Of a stretch of 64,000 bases of DNA, positions 52,697-64,000 are shown in pieces; the stretch's first letter is position 1, and each line of letters begins with the position of its first letter. The translations under genes and the position numbers were made by a program. The stretch comes from Bryobacterales bacterium (GTDB lineage: Bacteria; Acidobacteriota; Terriglobia; Bryobacterales; UBA6623): the NCBI GenBank assembly GCA_963422375.2, contig OY729427.2, positions 512,001 to 576,000 on the forward strand, given 5' to 3'. The notes beneath the pieces were generated by a model. The model worked only from the letters and a program-made list of their open reading frames with translations. It was not told where the DNA came from and ran no database searches.

Positions 52697-54106
52697 GTGC
52701 TGGCTAGGGTCGCCAGTCGGGCAGAGCGCGACAGCATGTTCGCCGGTTCCGAACGGATCGGCGTCGCGGTCTCCGGCGGCGCGGATTCCGTAGCACTGCT
52801 GCACGCCCTCGGCGAACTCTACCCCGGACGGTCGCTCGCGGCGGTCCATCTCAACCACAGCCTACGTGCCGAGGAGTCCGACGCGGACGAGGCCTTCGTG
52901 CGGGCCCTCGCCGCCCGGCTCGGCTGCGGCCTGTTGGTGCGGCGGGAGGACGTGGCCGCGCAGGCGCGGCGCGCCGGGCGCAATCTCGAGCAGGCCGGGC
53001 GAGTCAGCCGTTACCGATACTTCGGCGAGCTCCTCTCGGACGGATCCTGCGACGTAATCGCTACCGCACACACCCGTTCGGACCAAGCCGAGACCGTCCT
53101 GTTCCGGCTGCTGCGCGGCAGCGCCGGCAACGGCCTGAGCGGGATCTGGCCGTCACGCGCCCCTGGAATCGTCCGCCCGATGCTCGACGTGTCCCGTGAA
53201 GAGGTCGTCGCGTACCTTCGCCGCTCCCATCTCTTGTGGCGCGAGGACTCGAGCAACGCCGACGAACGCTACTCGCGCAACCGCCTGCGCCATTCCCTGC
53301 TGCCCCTGCTGCGCCGCGAGTGGAACCCCGGCGTCGAAAAGATCCTCGCCAACACCGCTGACTGGGCACTGGAAGAGGAGCGCTGCTGGCAGGGACGCGT
53401 GATCGAGCTCCGACGTCGCTGCGTCCGTGAATCACCGGCCGGTCTGATCCTCGATGTCGCCGCGGCTAGAGCGCTTCACATCGCCGAATTCCGCCGGCTG
53501 GTTGACGACCTGTTGCAATCCCCGCGATTCCGTCCCGGACGAGCCGGCTTCGAGCACATCGAGTCCGTCCGCCTGCTGGTGTTTTCGCCATCGGGTTCGG
53601 GAACCGTCGAGCTGCCCGGCGCGCGCGCCGAACGGTCGTTCGGCGAAGTCCTGCTCGCGCCGCTCCCGGGGCCCGAGGAGGCCCCCTACGACCTCCCATT
53701 GGCCGTGCCGGGCCTGACGTTCCTGCCCGGGGATTCCGGCAAGGGCGTGAAGACGCGCCTCCTCGGGGCAGCCGATACGCCCAAGCTGTACAATAAGGAT
53801 CAGCCTGCGCTTCTCGACTGGGACCTTGTTCCGCGGCACTTGCGGCTGCGGAATTGGCGCGCTGGCGACCGGTACCAGCCTGTCGGCCAGCAGTCGCCTA
53901 GGAAGATCACGGAACTGTTCGGACGATATCGGGTCAGCGCATGGAGACGGGCCGGGTGGCCGGTTGTGACTGCCTCGAATGACGCCGCGAAGTCAGGCCG
54001 CATAGTCTGGACGCGGGGTTTCGGCCCGGCGGGCGACCTCGCGGCGGGGCCCCGGAGCCGCCGTGTCCTAGCATTGGACGAGTCGGGCGGCGATTCCTCG
54101 CGTTAG
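52697..54106 (+). CDS. tilS: tRNA(Ile)-lysidine synthase
   Basis: AVSGGADSVALL, TAHTRSDQAETVL, DSSN...RNRLR, TilS C-terminal domain; GTG 7 nt after TACATT. Confidence 0.95.
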   Translation: MLARVASRAERDSMFAGSERIGVAVSGGADSVALLHALGELYPGRSLAAVHLNHSLRAEESDADEAFVRALAARLGCGLLVRREDVAAQARRAGRNLEQAGRVSRYRYFGELLSDGSCDVIATAHTRSDQAETVLFRLLRGSAGNGLSGIWPSRAPGIVRPMLDVSREEVVAYLRRSHLLWREDSSNADERYSRNRLRHSLLPLLRREWNPGVEKILANTADWALEEERCWQGRVIELRRRCVRESPAGLILDVAAARALHIAEFRRLVDDLLQSPRFRPGRAGFEHIESVRLLVFSPSGSGTVELPGARAERSFGEVLLAPLPGPEEAPYDLPLAVPGLTFLPGDSGKGVKTRLLGAADTPKLYNKDQPALLDWDLVPRHLRLRNWRAGDRYQPVGQQSPRKITELFGRYRVSAWRRAGWPVVTASNDAAKSGRIVWTRGFGPAGDLAAGPRSRRVLALDESGGDSSR

Positions 54107-54173
54107 CTATCGCAATCGTCTCCACATGCGTCTTATCCAGTAGCGCGAACGCGCGGAAAAGGGACCGCAAGCT

Positions 54174-56087
<1,914 letters not shown>

Positions 56088-56107
56088 GCGGCGGTCGGCG
56101 GACGGGC

Positions 56108-56635
56108 CTAGAACGGGATATCGTCGTCGTCGATCGGCTTTTCCGCGACGGACTCCGGGGCTCCGCTCGGAGCCGGCGGCGCTTGCGGAGGCGGCTCCTC
56201 GCGACGGTAGGCGCCGCCATAGCCGCCTTGCCCGGAAGGCCCGCCTTGGCTTCCCTCGTAGCGGCCTCCGGCTTGGCCGTAGCCCCCGCCTCCGCCTTCC
56301 CGGCCGCCGAGCAGGATCAGGCCCATCGGATCGCAGACCACCTCGGTCTTGTATCGCTTCTGGCCGTTCTGGTCTTCCCACGAGCGGGTCTGCAGGCGGC
56401 CCTCTATGCCGACCTGCTTGCCCTTCCTGAGGTACGGGGCCACCCTGTCGCCCCTCCAGAGGACTACATCGTGCCAGTCGGTCCGCTCGCGCCAATCCCC
56501 AGTCGCTTGATCCTTGTAACGGGAGGTCGTGGCGAGCGGGAAATTCACGACCGCCGTCCCGCTCTGGGTATGGCGCGTCTCGGCGTCCTTGCCGAGATTA
56601 CCGATAAGCAGGACTTTGTTCAGACTGCTAGCCAT
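56108..56635 (-). CDS. ssb: single-stranded DNA-binding protein
   Basis: LNKVLLIGNLGKD, IEGRLQTRSW, Gly-rich linker, DDDDIPF tail. Confidence 0.97.
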   Translation of the reverse strand: MASSLNKVLLIGNLGKDAETRHTQSGTAVVNFPLATTSRYKDQATGDWRERTDWHDVVLWRGDRVAPYLRKGKQVGIEGRLQTRSWEDQNGQKRYKTEVVCDPMGLILLGGREGGGGGYGQAGGRYEGSQGGPSGQGGYGGAYRREEPPPQAPPAPSGAPESVAEKPIDDDDIPF

Positions 56636-56708
56636 CGATACCAAGGTACAATCAAAAGCCTGCGGGCATCAACCGCTCGCAGCCGTGGCGGGCTTGACGA
56701 TTTCGAAA

Positions 56709-57719
56709 ATGAAGGCCTGGGGGCTGCCCTTCCTGTCTTTCGCCCTCGCGACCGGGCTCGGCGCGGCGGAGCGCGCCGACCTGCTCGTCGTAGAGAAGAA
56801 GAACAACTCGGTCGGGTTCTACTCGTCGTACGGCCATCGCCTAGGCGGCGTCCTCGTGGGCGAGACGCCGCACGAAGTGAGCGTCTCGCGAGACGGCCGC
56901 TTCGCATACGTGTCCGATAACGGCGTGCTCTGGATGGACTACGACGGCCCGGGCGGCAACACGGTCTCGATCATCGATCTCGCGACCCGGCGGCGCGCCG
57001 GCATCCTGCCACTGGGCAAGTTCCACCGGCCGCACGGCATCTCGCAGGATCCGAACTCCGGCCGGGCGCTCGTCACCTCGGAAAACCCCGATCGCGTCGT
57101 GCTGGTGGATCTCGACGCTCGCGCGGTGATCAAGGACTTCGACACCGGCGGCGCCGATCCGCACATGGTGACGTTCGGCAAGGATGGGCTGTGGGGCTAC
57201 GTCTCGAACACGGCCAGCTCCACCCTCGGAGCGGTCCACGTCGTCACGGGCGAACTGCACCTGATCAAGGTGGGCAAGGGCCCGCAGGGCAGCCTGCTCT
57301 CGCGCGACGGGTCGAAGCTCTGGGTGACCTGCCGCGACGAGGGAAGAATCGACATCGTCGACACGGCGTCCCGCACGGTCGTCGGCTCCATCACCACCGG
57401 CGAGGGCGTCAACCGGGTTGTCGCAACCCCGGACGAGACGCTGCTCGTGTACTCGCTCCAGTTCGGCGAGGCCGTCGGAATCGCCGATGTCGCCGCCGAG
57501 ACGGAGGTCGCCCGGATCCCTCTCGGCGGCCCGCCGCTTTCGATCTCCCTCTCGCGAGACGGCCACTACGCGTTCGCCGGCGTCCAGGACAAGGACCAGA
57601 TCTGGATCGTCTCGGTTCCCGACCGCAAGGCCGTGCAGGTCATCGACACCCCTCCCGGCATGGGGCCCGACCCAGTAATCGAGATCGGCACCTACTTCCC
57701 GACCAAAGCCAGGCCATGA
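56709..57719 (+). CDS. YncE/YVTN-type beta-propeller exported protein
   Basis: Signal peptide; repeated VG..PH/S.DG..AYV blades. Confidence 0.85.
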   Translation: MKAWGLPFLSFALATGLGAAERADLLVVEKKNNSVGFYSSYGHRLGGVLVGETPHEVSVSRDGRFAYVSDNGVLWMDYDGPGGNTVSIIDLATRRRAGILPLGKFHRPHGISQDPNSGRALVTSENPDRVVLVDLDARAVIKDFDTGGADPHMVTFGKDGLWGYVSNTASSTLGAVHVVTGELHLIKVGKGPQGSLLSRDGSKLWVTCRDEGRIDIVDTASRTVVGSITTGEGVNRVVATPDETLLVYSLQFGEAVGIADVAAETEVARIPLGGPPLSISLSRDGHYAFAGVQDKDQIWIVSVPDRKAVQVIDTPPGMGPDPVIEIGTYFPTKARP

Positions 57720-58462
57720 ACGACGAGAGCCTGCGCGCGCTCCTCGAAGACGTACGCGAGGGGCGCTGCGACGTCGACCGGGCGGTCAGCGAAATGCGGC
57801 ACATGCCGTTCGAGGACCTCGGCTTCGCCAAGGTCGACCACCACCGGGCGATCCGCCACGGGATGCCCGAGGTCATCCTCGGGCAGGGCAAGTCGGTCGA
57901 GGAAGTGCGGGCCATCGCCGGGCGGATCCTGCAAAGGTCCCCCAACCTGCTGGTCACCAGGGCCAGCCAGGCGATGTTCGAGGCAGTGCGCGAGGCGGAT
58001 GCCAGCGCGGAGTTCTTCCCCCGCTCGCGCGCCGTCCGCGTCTGCCGGGACCGCACCGTCCTCGGCAAGGCGAAGATTGCCGTCGTCTGCGCTGGCACGA
58101 GCGACATACCGGTCGCCGAGGAAGCATGCGTGACCGCGGAGGTCATGGGCAACGAGATCGATTCCATCTACGACGTCGGCGTCGCGGGCATCCATCGCCT
58201 CCTGTCGCGGATCGAGCGCATCGAGTCCGCCCGCGTCGCGATCTGCTGCGCGGGCATGGAGGGAGCGCTGCCCAGCGCTCTCGGCGGGCTGGTTTCCATC
58301 CCGGTCATCGCGGTCCCGACGAGCGTGGGCTACGGTGCGAGCTTCAACGGCCTGTCCGCCCTGCTGGGCATGCTGAACTCGTGCGCCAGCAACGTGTCGG
58401 TGGTCAACATCGACAACGGCTTCGGTGCGGCTTACGTAGCGACGCTGATCAACCGAATCTAG
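57716..58462 (+). CDS. larB: nickel-pincer cofactor biosynthesis protein LarB (PurE-like)
   Basis: [55 protein letters not shown] and [11 protein letters not shown] motifs. Confidence 0.93.
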   Translation: MNDESLRALLEDVREGRCDVDRAVSEMRHMPFEDLGFAKVDHHRAIRHGMPEVILGQGKSVEEVRAIAGRILQRSPNLLVTRASQAMFEAVREADASAEFFPRSRAVRVCRDRTVLGKAKIAVVCAGTSDIPVAEEACVTAEVMGNEIDSIYDVGVAGIHRLLSRIERIESARVAICCAGMEGALPSALGGLVSIPVIAVPTSVGYGASFNGLSALLGMLNSCASNVSVVNIDNGFGAAYVATLINRI

Positions 58463-58523
58463 CCGCGACCAGCATCCCGTCCACCGTCCGGGTCCGCGCG
58501 CGGCGTGTGCGAAACTAGCTTTC

Positions 58524-59357
58524 ATGCAAGGTGGAAGACTCGGTCCCCTAGCCGTCGCGGCGGCCTTCGCGCTACTCCTCGCGGTCCCGGCCGCCGCCGC
58601 CGAGGCGGACGAGCGGATGCACTTGCTCGTGCTCGGCGGCTCGGACTTCTTCGCGCACGACGCGGTCTCGCATGCCATGTTCACGATGGCCAAGATCGGC
58701 GAGCGGTCGGGCCTGTTCGACGTCCGCTTCCGCACCGACATGGAGCTCGTCAGCAAGCGCAAGCCGAAGGGCAACCGCAAGAACCTCGACTACTTCGACG
58801 CGGTGCTGTTCTACACGCAGGGCGACATCGCCCTGAGCGCGGAGCAGAAGGCCGACCTGATGAGCTTCGTCAAGGAGGACGGCAAGGCCATCCTCGTCGC
58901 GCACAGCGGCACCGACTCGTTTCGCGAGACCTGGCCCGACTACATCGACATGGTCGGCGGGGCGTTCGTCAACCATCCCTGGCACCAGAGGGTCCGCGTC
59001 CGGGTGGAGGACAGCGGGCACCCGATCACGCGCCACTTCCCCGAGACGTTCGAGGTCACCGACGAAATCTACCAGCTGAACCGCTACTCGCGCGACCGAG
59101 TGCGGGTCCTGATGAGCCTCGAGCCAGCCAGCGTGGATCTGACCAAGAAGGGGGTCCAGCGCGAGGACCGCGACTTCGCCATCGCATGGGTGCGCGAGTT
59201 CGGCAAGGGCCGCGTCTTCACCTGCGTGCTGGGCCACCGCAACGAAGTGTGGGACAGCCCCGACATCCAGAAGATGTGGCTGGAGGCGTTCCGCTGGGCG
59301 GTGGGCATCACGGACGGCGAAACCGCCTCGCTGCCGCGCCCGACAGACGACGACTGA
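58524..59357 (+). CDS. ThuA-like (trehalose utilization) domain protein
   Basis: Signal peptide; FDAVLFYTQG, GGAFVNHP, DEIY and WVREFGKGRVF...LGH motifs. Confidence 0.88.
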   Translation: MQGGRLGPLAVAAAFALLLAVPAAAAEADERMHLLVLGGSDFFAHDAVSHAMFTMAKIGERSGLFDVRFRTDMELVSKRKPKGNRKNLDYFDAVLFYTQGDIALSAEQKADLMSFVKEDGKAILVAHSGTDSFRETWPDYIDMVGGAFVNHPWHQRVRVRVEDSGHPITRHFPETFEVTDEIYQLNRYSRDRVRVLMSLEPASVDLTKKGVQREDRDFAIAWVREFGKGRVFTCVLGHRNEVWDSPDIQKMWLEAFRWAVGITDGETASLPRPTDDD

Positions 59358-60069
59358 GACCGGGACCGGGTTCCCGCACGAAGCGGTACCCGACCCCGCG
59401 CACCGTGAGCAGGTGCCGGGGCTTGGTCGGCTCGGGCTCGATCGACCGTCGCAGGCGAACGATGAAGTTGTCGACGGCCCGCGTGTCGGTGTCCTCGCGC
59501 ACGCCCCAGACTTCTCGCAGGAGCTTCTTCCGGGACACGTTGCGCCCCTCATTGGCGATCAGGTGGTGCAGGAGCCTAGCCTCCATCAGGGTCAGGTCGC
59601 GCGTCTCGCCGTCCACGGTCAGCTGCTGCCGGGCGAAATCCACCTTGCAGCCGTTGAATTCGTAGGCTTCCAAGGAGGGTTCCAGCCCCTCCCCCGCGCT
59701 CCACCTGTGCCTCCTGAGCAGACCGCGTATGCGCGCAAGCAGCACCGCCAGCTCGAACGGCTTCGGCAAGTAGTCGTCGGCCCCGGCGGAAAGGCCTTCC
59801 ACGATGTCCTCCGGCCGCCTGCGGGCCGTGAGCATCATGACCGGCTCGTAGTGCCCGCACGAGCGGAGACGCCGCACCACGGCGAATCCGTCGATGCCGG
59901 GCAGCATGACGTCGACTACCAGCGCGTCGAACGCCGGGCACGTCCGGACCGTCTCCAAGGCCTGCTCCCCGGTCTCGGAGACTTGGACGGTGAAGCCCTC
60001 GGCCTCCAAGTTGAATCGCAGGCCTGTCGCCAAGTGACGCTCGTCCTCGACGATCAGGATGCGCTTCAT
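59308..60069 (-). CDS. OmpR-family response regulator
   Basis: ILIVEDE, DVMLPG, GADDYLPKPF; winged helix TRAVDNFIVRLR...TVRGVGY. Confidence 0.95.
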   Translation of the reverse strand: MKRILIVEDERHLATGLRFNLEAEGFTVQVSETGEQALETVRTCPAFDALVVDVMLPGIDGFAVVRRLRSCGHYEPVMMLTARRRPEDIVEGLSAGADDYLPKPFELAVLLARIRGLLRRHRWSAGEGLEPSLEAYEFNGCKVDFARQQLTVDGETRDLTLMEARLLHHLIANEGRNVSRKKLLREVWGVREDTDTRAVDNFIVRLRRSIEPEPTKPRHLLTVRGVGYRFVREPGPGLSRRLSGAAARRFRRP

Positions 60070-60971
60070 CCCGTCGCCGCCAGCGGGAGCTCGATGGTGA
60101 AGGTGCTGCCCCGGCCCTTGCCCGCGCTCTCCCCGTAGGCCCGGCCGCCGTGCCTGCTCGCGACCGTACGGACGATGAACAGACCGAGGCCGGTGCCCTT
60201 GGCCCGGAAGGCACCCGGAATCCTGTAGAAGCGGCGGAACACGCGCTTCAGCTCCTCCGGGTCGATTCCGATGCCGTTGTCGCTAATGCGGATCGCCACC
60301 GTGGACGGACCGACCTTGTCGGTCTCGATCGACACCTCGGGCCTGTCGCCTGAATACTTGACCGAGTTGTCGATCAGGTTCGAGACGGCCGCCCGCAGCT
60401 CCTCGCCGTTCCCCAGCACCACGGCGCGATTCCCCGCGGGAATGCGGTTGCGGAACCGCAGCACGCCGTCCGCGAGGTCGTGGGCGCGCCGGAGCGTATG
60501 GACGCATTCGAGCACGATCTCGGGCACGTCCAACGGCATGGGCTGCGACCGGCGACGGGATCCGACCGACCCGGCCAGGAGGACTTGGTCGATCGTGCCC
60601 TGCAGGCGCTTCATGTCCGCCAGCATGATGCCGTAGAACTCCCGCTGGCGCTCCTCGTCAACGCACCTCGACTGGAGCGTCTGCAGGTACAGGTTCAGCG
60701 ACGCAACGGGTGTCTTCAGCTCGTGCGTGACGGCGTTGATGAACGCGTCGTGCTTCTCGTTCCGACGGATTTCGCGAACAAGAAAGACCGTGTTGAGGAC
60801 CAGCCCGGCAATCAGCAGCAGCCCGGCGATGACGCCGATGCCCATGACCACGCCGCTGCGCCAGTTGGCCACTAGCCAGCCGATGTTCAGCGCCGCCGCC
60901 AGAACCACCAGGCAGGCCCCAAGAGCGATCCAGAAGATCACCGAGCGCTTGCGATGACCGGTCAGCTCCAC
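60066..60971 (-). CDS. sensor histidine kinase with two adjacent TMs and no large sensor domain
   Basis: H-box VTHELKTP, NLIDNSVKY, DNGIGI, GTGLGL; start GTG 60971 inferred. Confidence 0.92.
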   Translation of the reverse strand: MELTGHRKRSVIFWIALGACLVVLAAALNIGWLVANWRSGVVMGIGVIAGLLLIAGLVLNTVFLVREIRRNEKHDAFINAVTHELKTPVASLNLYLQTLQSRCVDEERQREFYGIMLADMKRLQGTIDQVLLAGSVGSRRRSQPMPLDVPEIVLECVHTLRRAHDLADGVLRFRNRIPAGNRAVVLGNGEELRAAVSNLIDNSVKYSGDRPEVSIETDKVGPSTVAIRISDNGIGIDPEELKRVFRRFYRIPGAFRAKGTGLGLFIVRTVASRHGGRAYGESAGKGRGSTFTIELPLAATG

Positions 60972-61061
60972 GCTGTTTTCATGATACTTTCGGCCCGCGC
61001 AACGCCATCCGTGCTCTCCCGTCCGCGGGCCCGCTGGGGCGGGCGCGGACCCTCGGGACCG

Positions 61062-61067
61062 TATAAT
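61062..61067 (+). promoter_or_regulatory. sigma70 -10 box of a probable leaderless transcript
   Basis: Perfect TATAAT 7 nt before ATG 61075; no clear SD. Confidence 0.65.
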
Positions 61068-61074
61068 CCGAGTC

Positions 61075-61956
61075 ATGCTGAACCGTCGCCAGCTCTTCCC
61101 CGCCCTCGCCGCGCTCCCGGCGGCCTTGCGCGCCGGAGTGCCGAAGCTCGATGGCGCCAGGCCCCGCCTGAGAACCGCGATCTGCGCGTATTCGTTCCGC
61201 AAGGCGCTCGGCGAAGGCTCGCTGAGCTACCTCGACCTCGTTGACATGGCGGTCGACAACGGCGTCGACGGGCTGGATTCGACCGTGTACTGGTTCCCGG
61301 CCAACGGCCTGGGGGGTTTCCTCGCAGCCTATCGGCGGAAGGCCTACCTCGCCGGGGTGGACCTGCCGAGCATCGCCATCCGGACCGATCTGTGCCGCCG
61401 TGACCGCGGCGAGCGGGCGCGGGAAGTCGCATGGCTGAAGCATTGGACGGATGTCTCGTACAGGCTCGGATCCAGCCATATCCGGGTCTTCGGCGGCACC
61501 GTTCCCGAGGGCAGCAGCGAGGACGAGGCGGCGGGTTGGTGCGCGGAGATCCTCAAGCGGTCGGCCGACTACGCCGCCGAGCGCGGCGTGGTCCTAGGCC
61601 TGGAGAACCACGGCGGCATCACTTCGCGAGCCGAGCGGATCATCCAGATCGTGCGCGCCGTGGACCATCCGAACGTCGGCATCAACCTCGACACCGGGAA
61701 CTTCCGCAGCGACCCCTACGGCCAGATCGCGATGAGCCTGCCGTACGCGGTCAACTCTCAGTTTAAGGTGCAAATCCGTGACGAGCGCGGCAATCACCGG
61801 CCGTCCGACTGGGACCGAATCGTGCGCATGTTCGCCGAGGCCGGATACCGCGGATACATGGCCCTCGAGTACGAAGCGCCCGATGATCCTTTCGCGGCCG
61901 TGCCGCGACACCTAGCCCGGCTGCGCGAGCTCGCCACCAAGTACGGCGACGCCTGA
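61075..61956 (+). CDS. sugar phosphate isomerase/epimerase (xylose-isomerase-like TIM barrel), Tat leader
   Basis: NRRQLF leader; IRVFGG, LENHGG, NLDTGNF and LEYE motifs. Confidence 0.88.
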   Translation: MLNRRQLFPALAALPAALRAGVPKLDGARPRLRTAICAYSFRKALGEGSLSYLDLVDMAVDNGVDGLDSTVYWFPANGLGGFLAAYRRKAYLAGVDLPSIAIRTDLCRRDRGERAREVAWLKHWTDVSYRLGSSHIRVFGGTVPEGSSEDEAAGWCAEILKRSADYAAERGVVLGLENHGGITSRAERIIQIVRAVDHPNVGINLDTGNFRSDPYGQIAMSLPYAVNSQFKVQIRDERGNHRPSDWDRIVRMFAEAGYRGYMALEYEAPDDPFAAVPRHLARLRELATKYGDA

Positions 61957-61990
61957 GGCGCGGTCCGAGGCGGGCCCGCGGCCAAAACGG

Positions 61991-63040
61991 TCAGTCCGGG
62001 AACGGTCGCGCCTGAACCGCTTCGAGGAAGGCCGGATTCTGCCGCCGGAGGCGCAGCGAACGCTCCTTGGCCTCGCGAGCGCTGTCTCGGTCGCGCAGGC
62101 GGAAGTACACCTGCGAAAGCAGGAGATGCGGCTGCGGATGCCGCGGCTCGATGCGAACCGCCTCCCGGAGCACGCCGAGCGCATCGTCCCAGGTCCCGGC
62201 ACCCATCAGGGCCCGCGCCAATGCGATCCTGCCGGGCATGTAATCCGGACGGATGGCGATCGCTCGTCGGAGCGGCTCGAGAGCCTCTTCGTGCCGGGCC
62301 TGCCTCACCAGCCAGTCCCCGTAGAAGTAATGCGGCTCCTCGTAGTCCGGATCGAGCTCGATGGACTTGCGCAGCAGGGGCAGCGCCTCGTCGAACCGAC
62401 CGGTCCTCTGGAGGTGCCATGCCAGCTCGAAACTGGCGCGAGCCGAAACTGGAAAGCGCTTCGCGGCCCGGGCGGCGATTTCGAACCCGGCCGGCAAGTC
62501 GCCGGCCTCGCGGCAGGCGTGGATCGCCAAGTAGTACAGATCCTCGATCTCCGGCCGGAGGCGGAGCGCTCGCATGGAAACGTCGGCCGCCTCGCGCAGG
62601 TAGCGCCCCTTGCCGTATTCCACGGCCATGACCTGCATGAGCTGGTAGTGGTCCGGCTGGATCTCCAGAGCGCGACGCCAAGCGCGCAGGGCCTCGTCCG
62701 ACCGGTCGAGCTTGTGGCTGGCCGCCCCCAGCAGGTAGTGCGCGTTGAATTCGCCAGGCCCGGCCGAAGCGGCCCGGGACAGCAGGGGAATCGCCCTCTC
62801 GAAGAGTCCCGCCGAGAAATGCATGTACCCGAGATTGAACAGCGCGGGGAAGTATTCGGGAGCGACCTCCAGCGCCTGGCGCCAGAGGTCGGCCGCCGCA
62901 TCCGGCCGACCTTGCTGCGCAAGCTCCAAGCCGCGGTCGGTGAGCAGCCCGGGGCCGACCCCCGCTTGCCCGCCGGCCGCCGACGCGATCAGGAGACATG
63001 CCGCCAGCACTTTCGCGCCTGCGGCCAGCCGCGCCTTCAC
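61991..63040 (-). CDS. tetratricopeptide repeat protein, exported
   Basis: Multiple TPR-like repeats (A.FNLG, A....RRAL...PD); signal peptide; GTG overlaps the upstream stop. Confidence 0.88.
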   Translation of the reverse strand: MKARLAAGAKVLAACLLIASAAGGQAGVGPGLLTDRGLELAQQGRPDAAADLWRQALEVAPEYFPALFNLGYMHFSAGLFERAIPLLSRAASAGPGEFNAHYLLGAASHKLDRSDEALRAWRRALEIQPDHYQLMQVMAVEYGKGRYLREAADVSMRALRLRPEIEDLYYLAIHACREAGDLPAGFEIAARAAKRFPVSARASFELAWHLQRTGRFDEALPLLRKSIELDPDYEEPHYFYGDWLVRQARHEEALEPLRRAIAIRPDYMPGRIALARALMGAGTWDDALGVLREAVRIEPRHPQPHLLLSQVYFRLRDRDSAREAKERSLRLRRQNPAFLEAVQARPFPD

Positions 63041-64000
63041 GGAGCCGCCTCGACCTTGCCGGATCCCTCTACCAGCAGCCATGCGCCGCCGGCGGCGGCG
63101 GGAAACTGCTCGCGCTCGCCGCTGGGCCAGAGCACCGTGATCCGCTCGACGCCCGCGGCACCGCCAAGTCCGAAATGCTGCCGCAGGTCGCTGTGGGAAA
63201 CGTAGCTCGACTGGCTCATCACGGCCCGGGTCTGGAGGCGGCCGCCGACCTCAACCGAGACGACGGAGCCGACGGCCGCACGATTGGAGAGGGTGCCACG
63301 CAACTGCAGGCGGATCCAGTTGGTTCCGGGCGGGAGGCCGTTGCGCAGCAGCGAGACGCGCTCCGCCATGTTCATCACGAGCACGTCCAGGTCCCCGTCA
63401 TCGTCGAAGTCGCCGAAAGCGGCCCCGCGGCTGGACCTGGCCTCGCGCAGGCCGCGGCCGGACAGCGCGGTCACGTCCTCGAAGCGCTTGCCCGCCAAGT
63501 TCCGGTAGACGAGGTTCGTCTGCGCGTAGGTCTCTGCGACCTTTGACTGGCGGTCTAGCTTCGGATAGACGTGACCGTTGACCTGGAAGAGGTCCTGCCA
63601 GCCGTCGTTGTCGAGATCAACGAGATCGACGCCCCAGCCCACGTACTGCGGATTCGACGCGAGGCCGGCCCGCACGCACATGTCCTCGAAGAACAGGCCG
63701 TCGGTGTTCCGGTACAGGTTCGGATAGTCGTCGGCGAAATTCGTCTTGACCAGATCCAGCCAGCCGTCCCCGTCGAAGTCGCCGACACCGACGCCCATGC
63801 CCCCCTGTTCGAAGCCGTGCTCGCTGAACGCCACGCCGGTCTCGGTGCCGTAGTCCGTGAAGGTCCCGTCGCCGTTGTTCACGAACAGAATGCTGGGCGT
63901 CGAGTCGCAGGCGATATAGATGTCCTGCCAGCCGTCGCCGTCAAAGTCCGCGGCCGCCGCCGTGAAGGCGTAATAGTCCCGCACCTCCCGCACGCCCGCG
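63037..64000 (-). CDS. CRTAC1-family FG-GAP repeat protein with ASPIC/UnbV C-terminus (partial, start beyond the window)
   Basis: DFDGDGW.D repeats, SSRGAAFGDFDDDGDLD and SYVSHSDLRQHFGLG motifs. Confidence 0.92.
   Translation of the reverse strand, partial: AGVREVRDYYAFTAAAADFDGDGWQDIYIACDSTPSILFVNNGDGTFTDYGTETGVAFSEHGFEQGGMGVGVGDFDGDGWLDLVKTNFADDYPNLYRNTDGLFFEDMCVRAGLASNPQYVGWGVDLVDLDNDGWQDLFQVNGHVYPKLDRQSKVAETYAQTNLVYRNLAGKRFEDVTALSGRGLREARSSRGAAFGDFDDDGDLDVLVMNMAERVSLLRNGLPPGTNWIRLQLRGTLSNRAAVGSVVSVEVGGRLQTRAVMSQSSYVSHSDLRQHFGLGGAAGVERITVLWPSGEREQFPAAAGGAWLLVEGSGKVEAAP

Noticed and set aside
57716..58462. Isolated larB as a novel system
   Set aside because: lar accessory genes are often scattered, and nothing in the neighbourhood supports a new pathway.

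Overview
High-GC bacterial window. Gene content (DUF1549/DUF1553 cytochrome proteins, CRTAC1/ASPIC, ThuA, sulfatase, PIG-L deacetylases) suggests an Acidobacteriota/Bryobacterales-like genome; that assignment is inference. It holds about 35 intact genes (including metF, tilS-ftsH, ssb, larB, a two-component pair, three M16 peptidases and a DUF58-BatA/vWA-vWA cluster), one tRNA-Lys(TTT), and several decayed accessory patches. Mobile DNA comprises two IS1595 copies (one nested in an IS1380 element with an 8-bp target duplication), two ISNCY-type copies and an IS1634-like scrap. Two observations stand out. (1) All five larger transposase copies, from three unrelated families, are ruined mainly by directional A:T->G:C changes concentrated at TpG/CpA and TpA (Leu->Pro, Trp->Arg, Gln->Arg, Tyr->Cys/His, Val->Ala, Met->Thr), plus 8-12-bp tandem duplications. 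Their cores look homogenised and their ends divergent, which suggests a possible repeat-directed (RIP-like) transposon-inactivation or GC-biased conversion process. (2) A lower-GC two-gene candidate anti-phage operon pairs a PHP-ABC-ATPase (Ppl/TrlF-like) with a Schlafen/AlbA_2-HATPase_c_4 protein. Many genes also look leaderless (TANNNT 6-7 nt before the start codon). All family calls come from motif recognition by eye; no searches were run.
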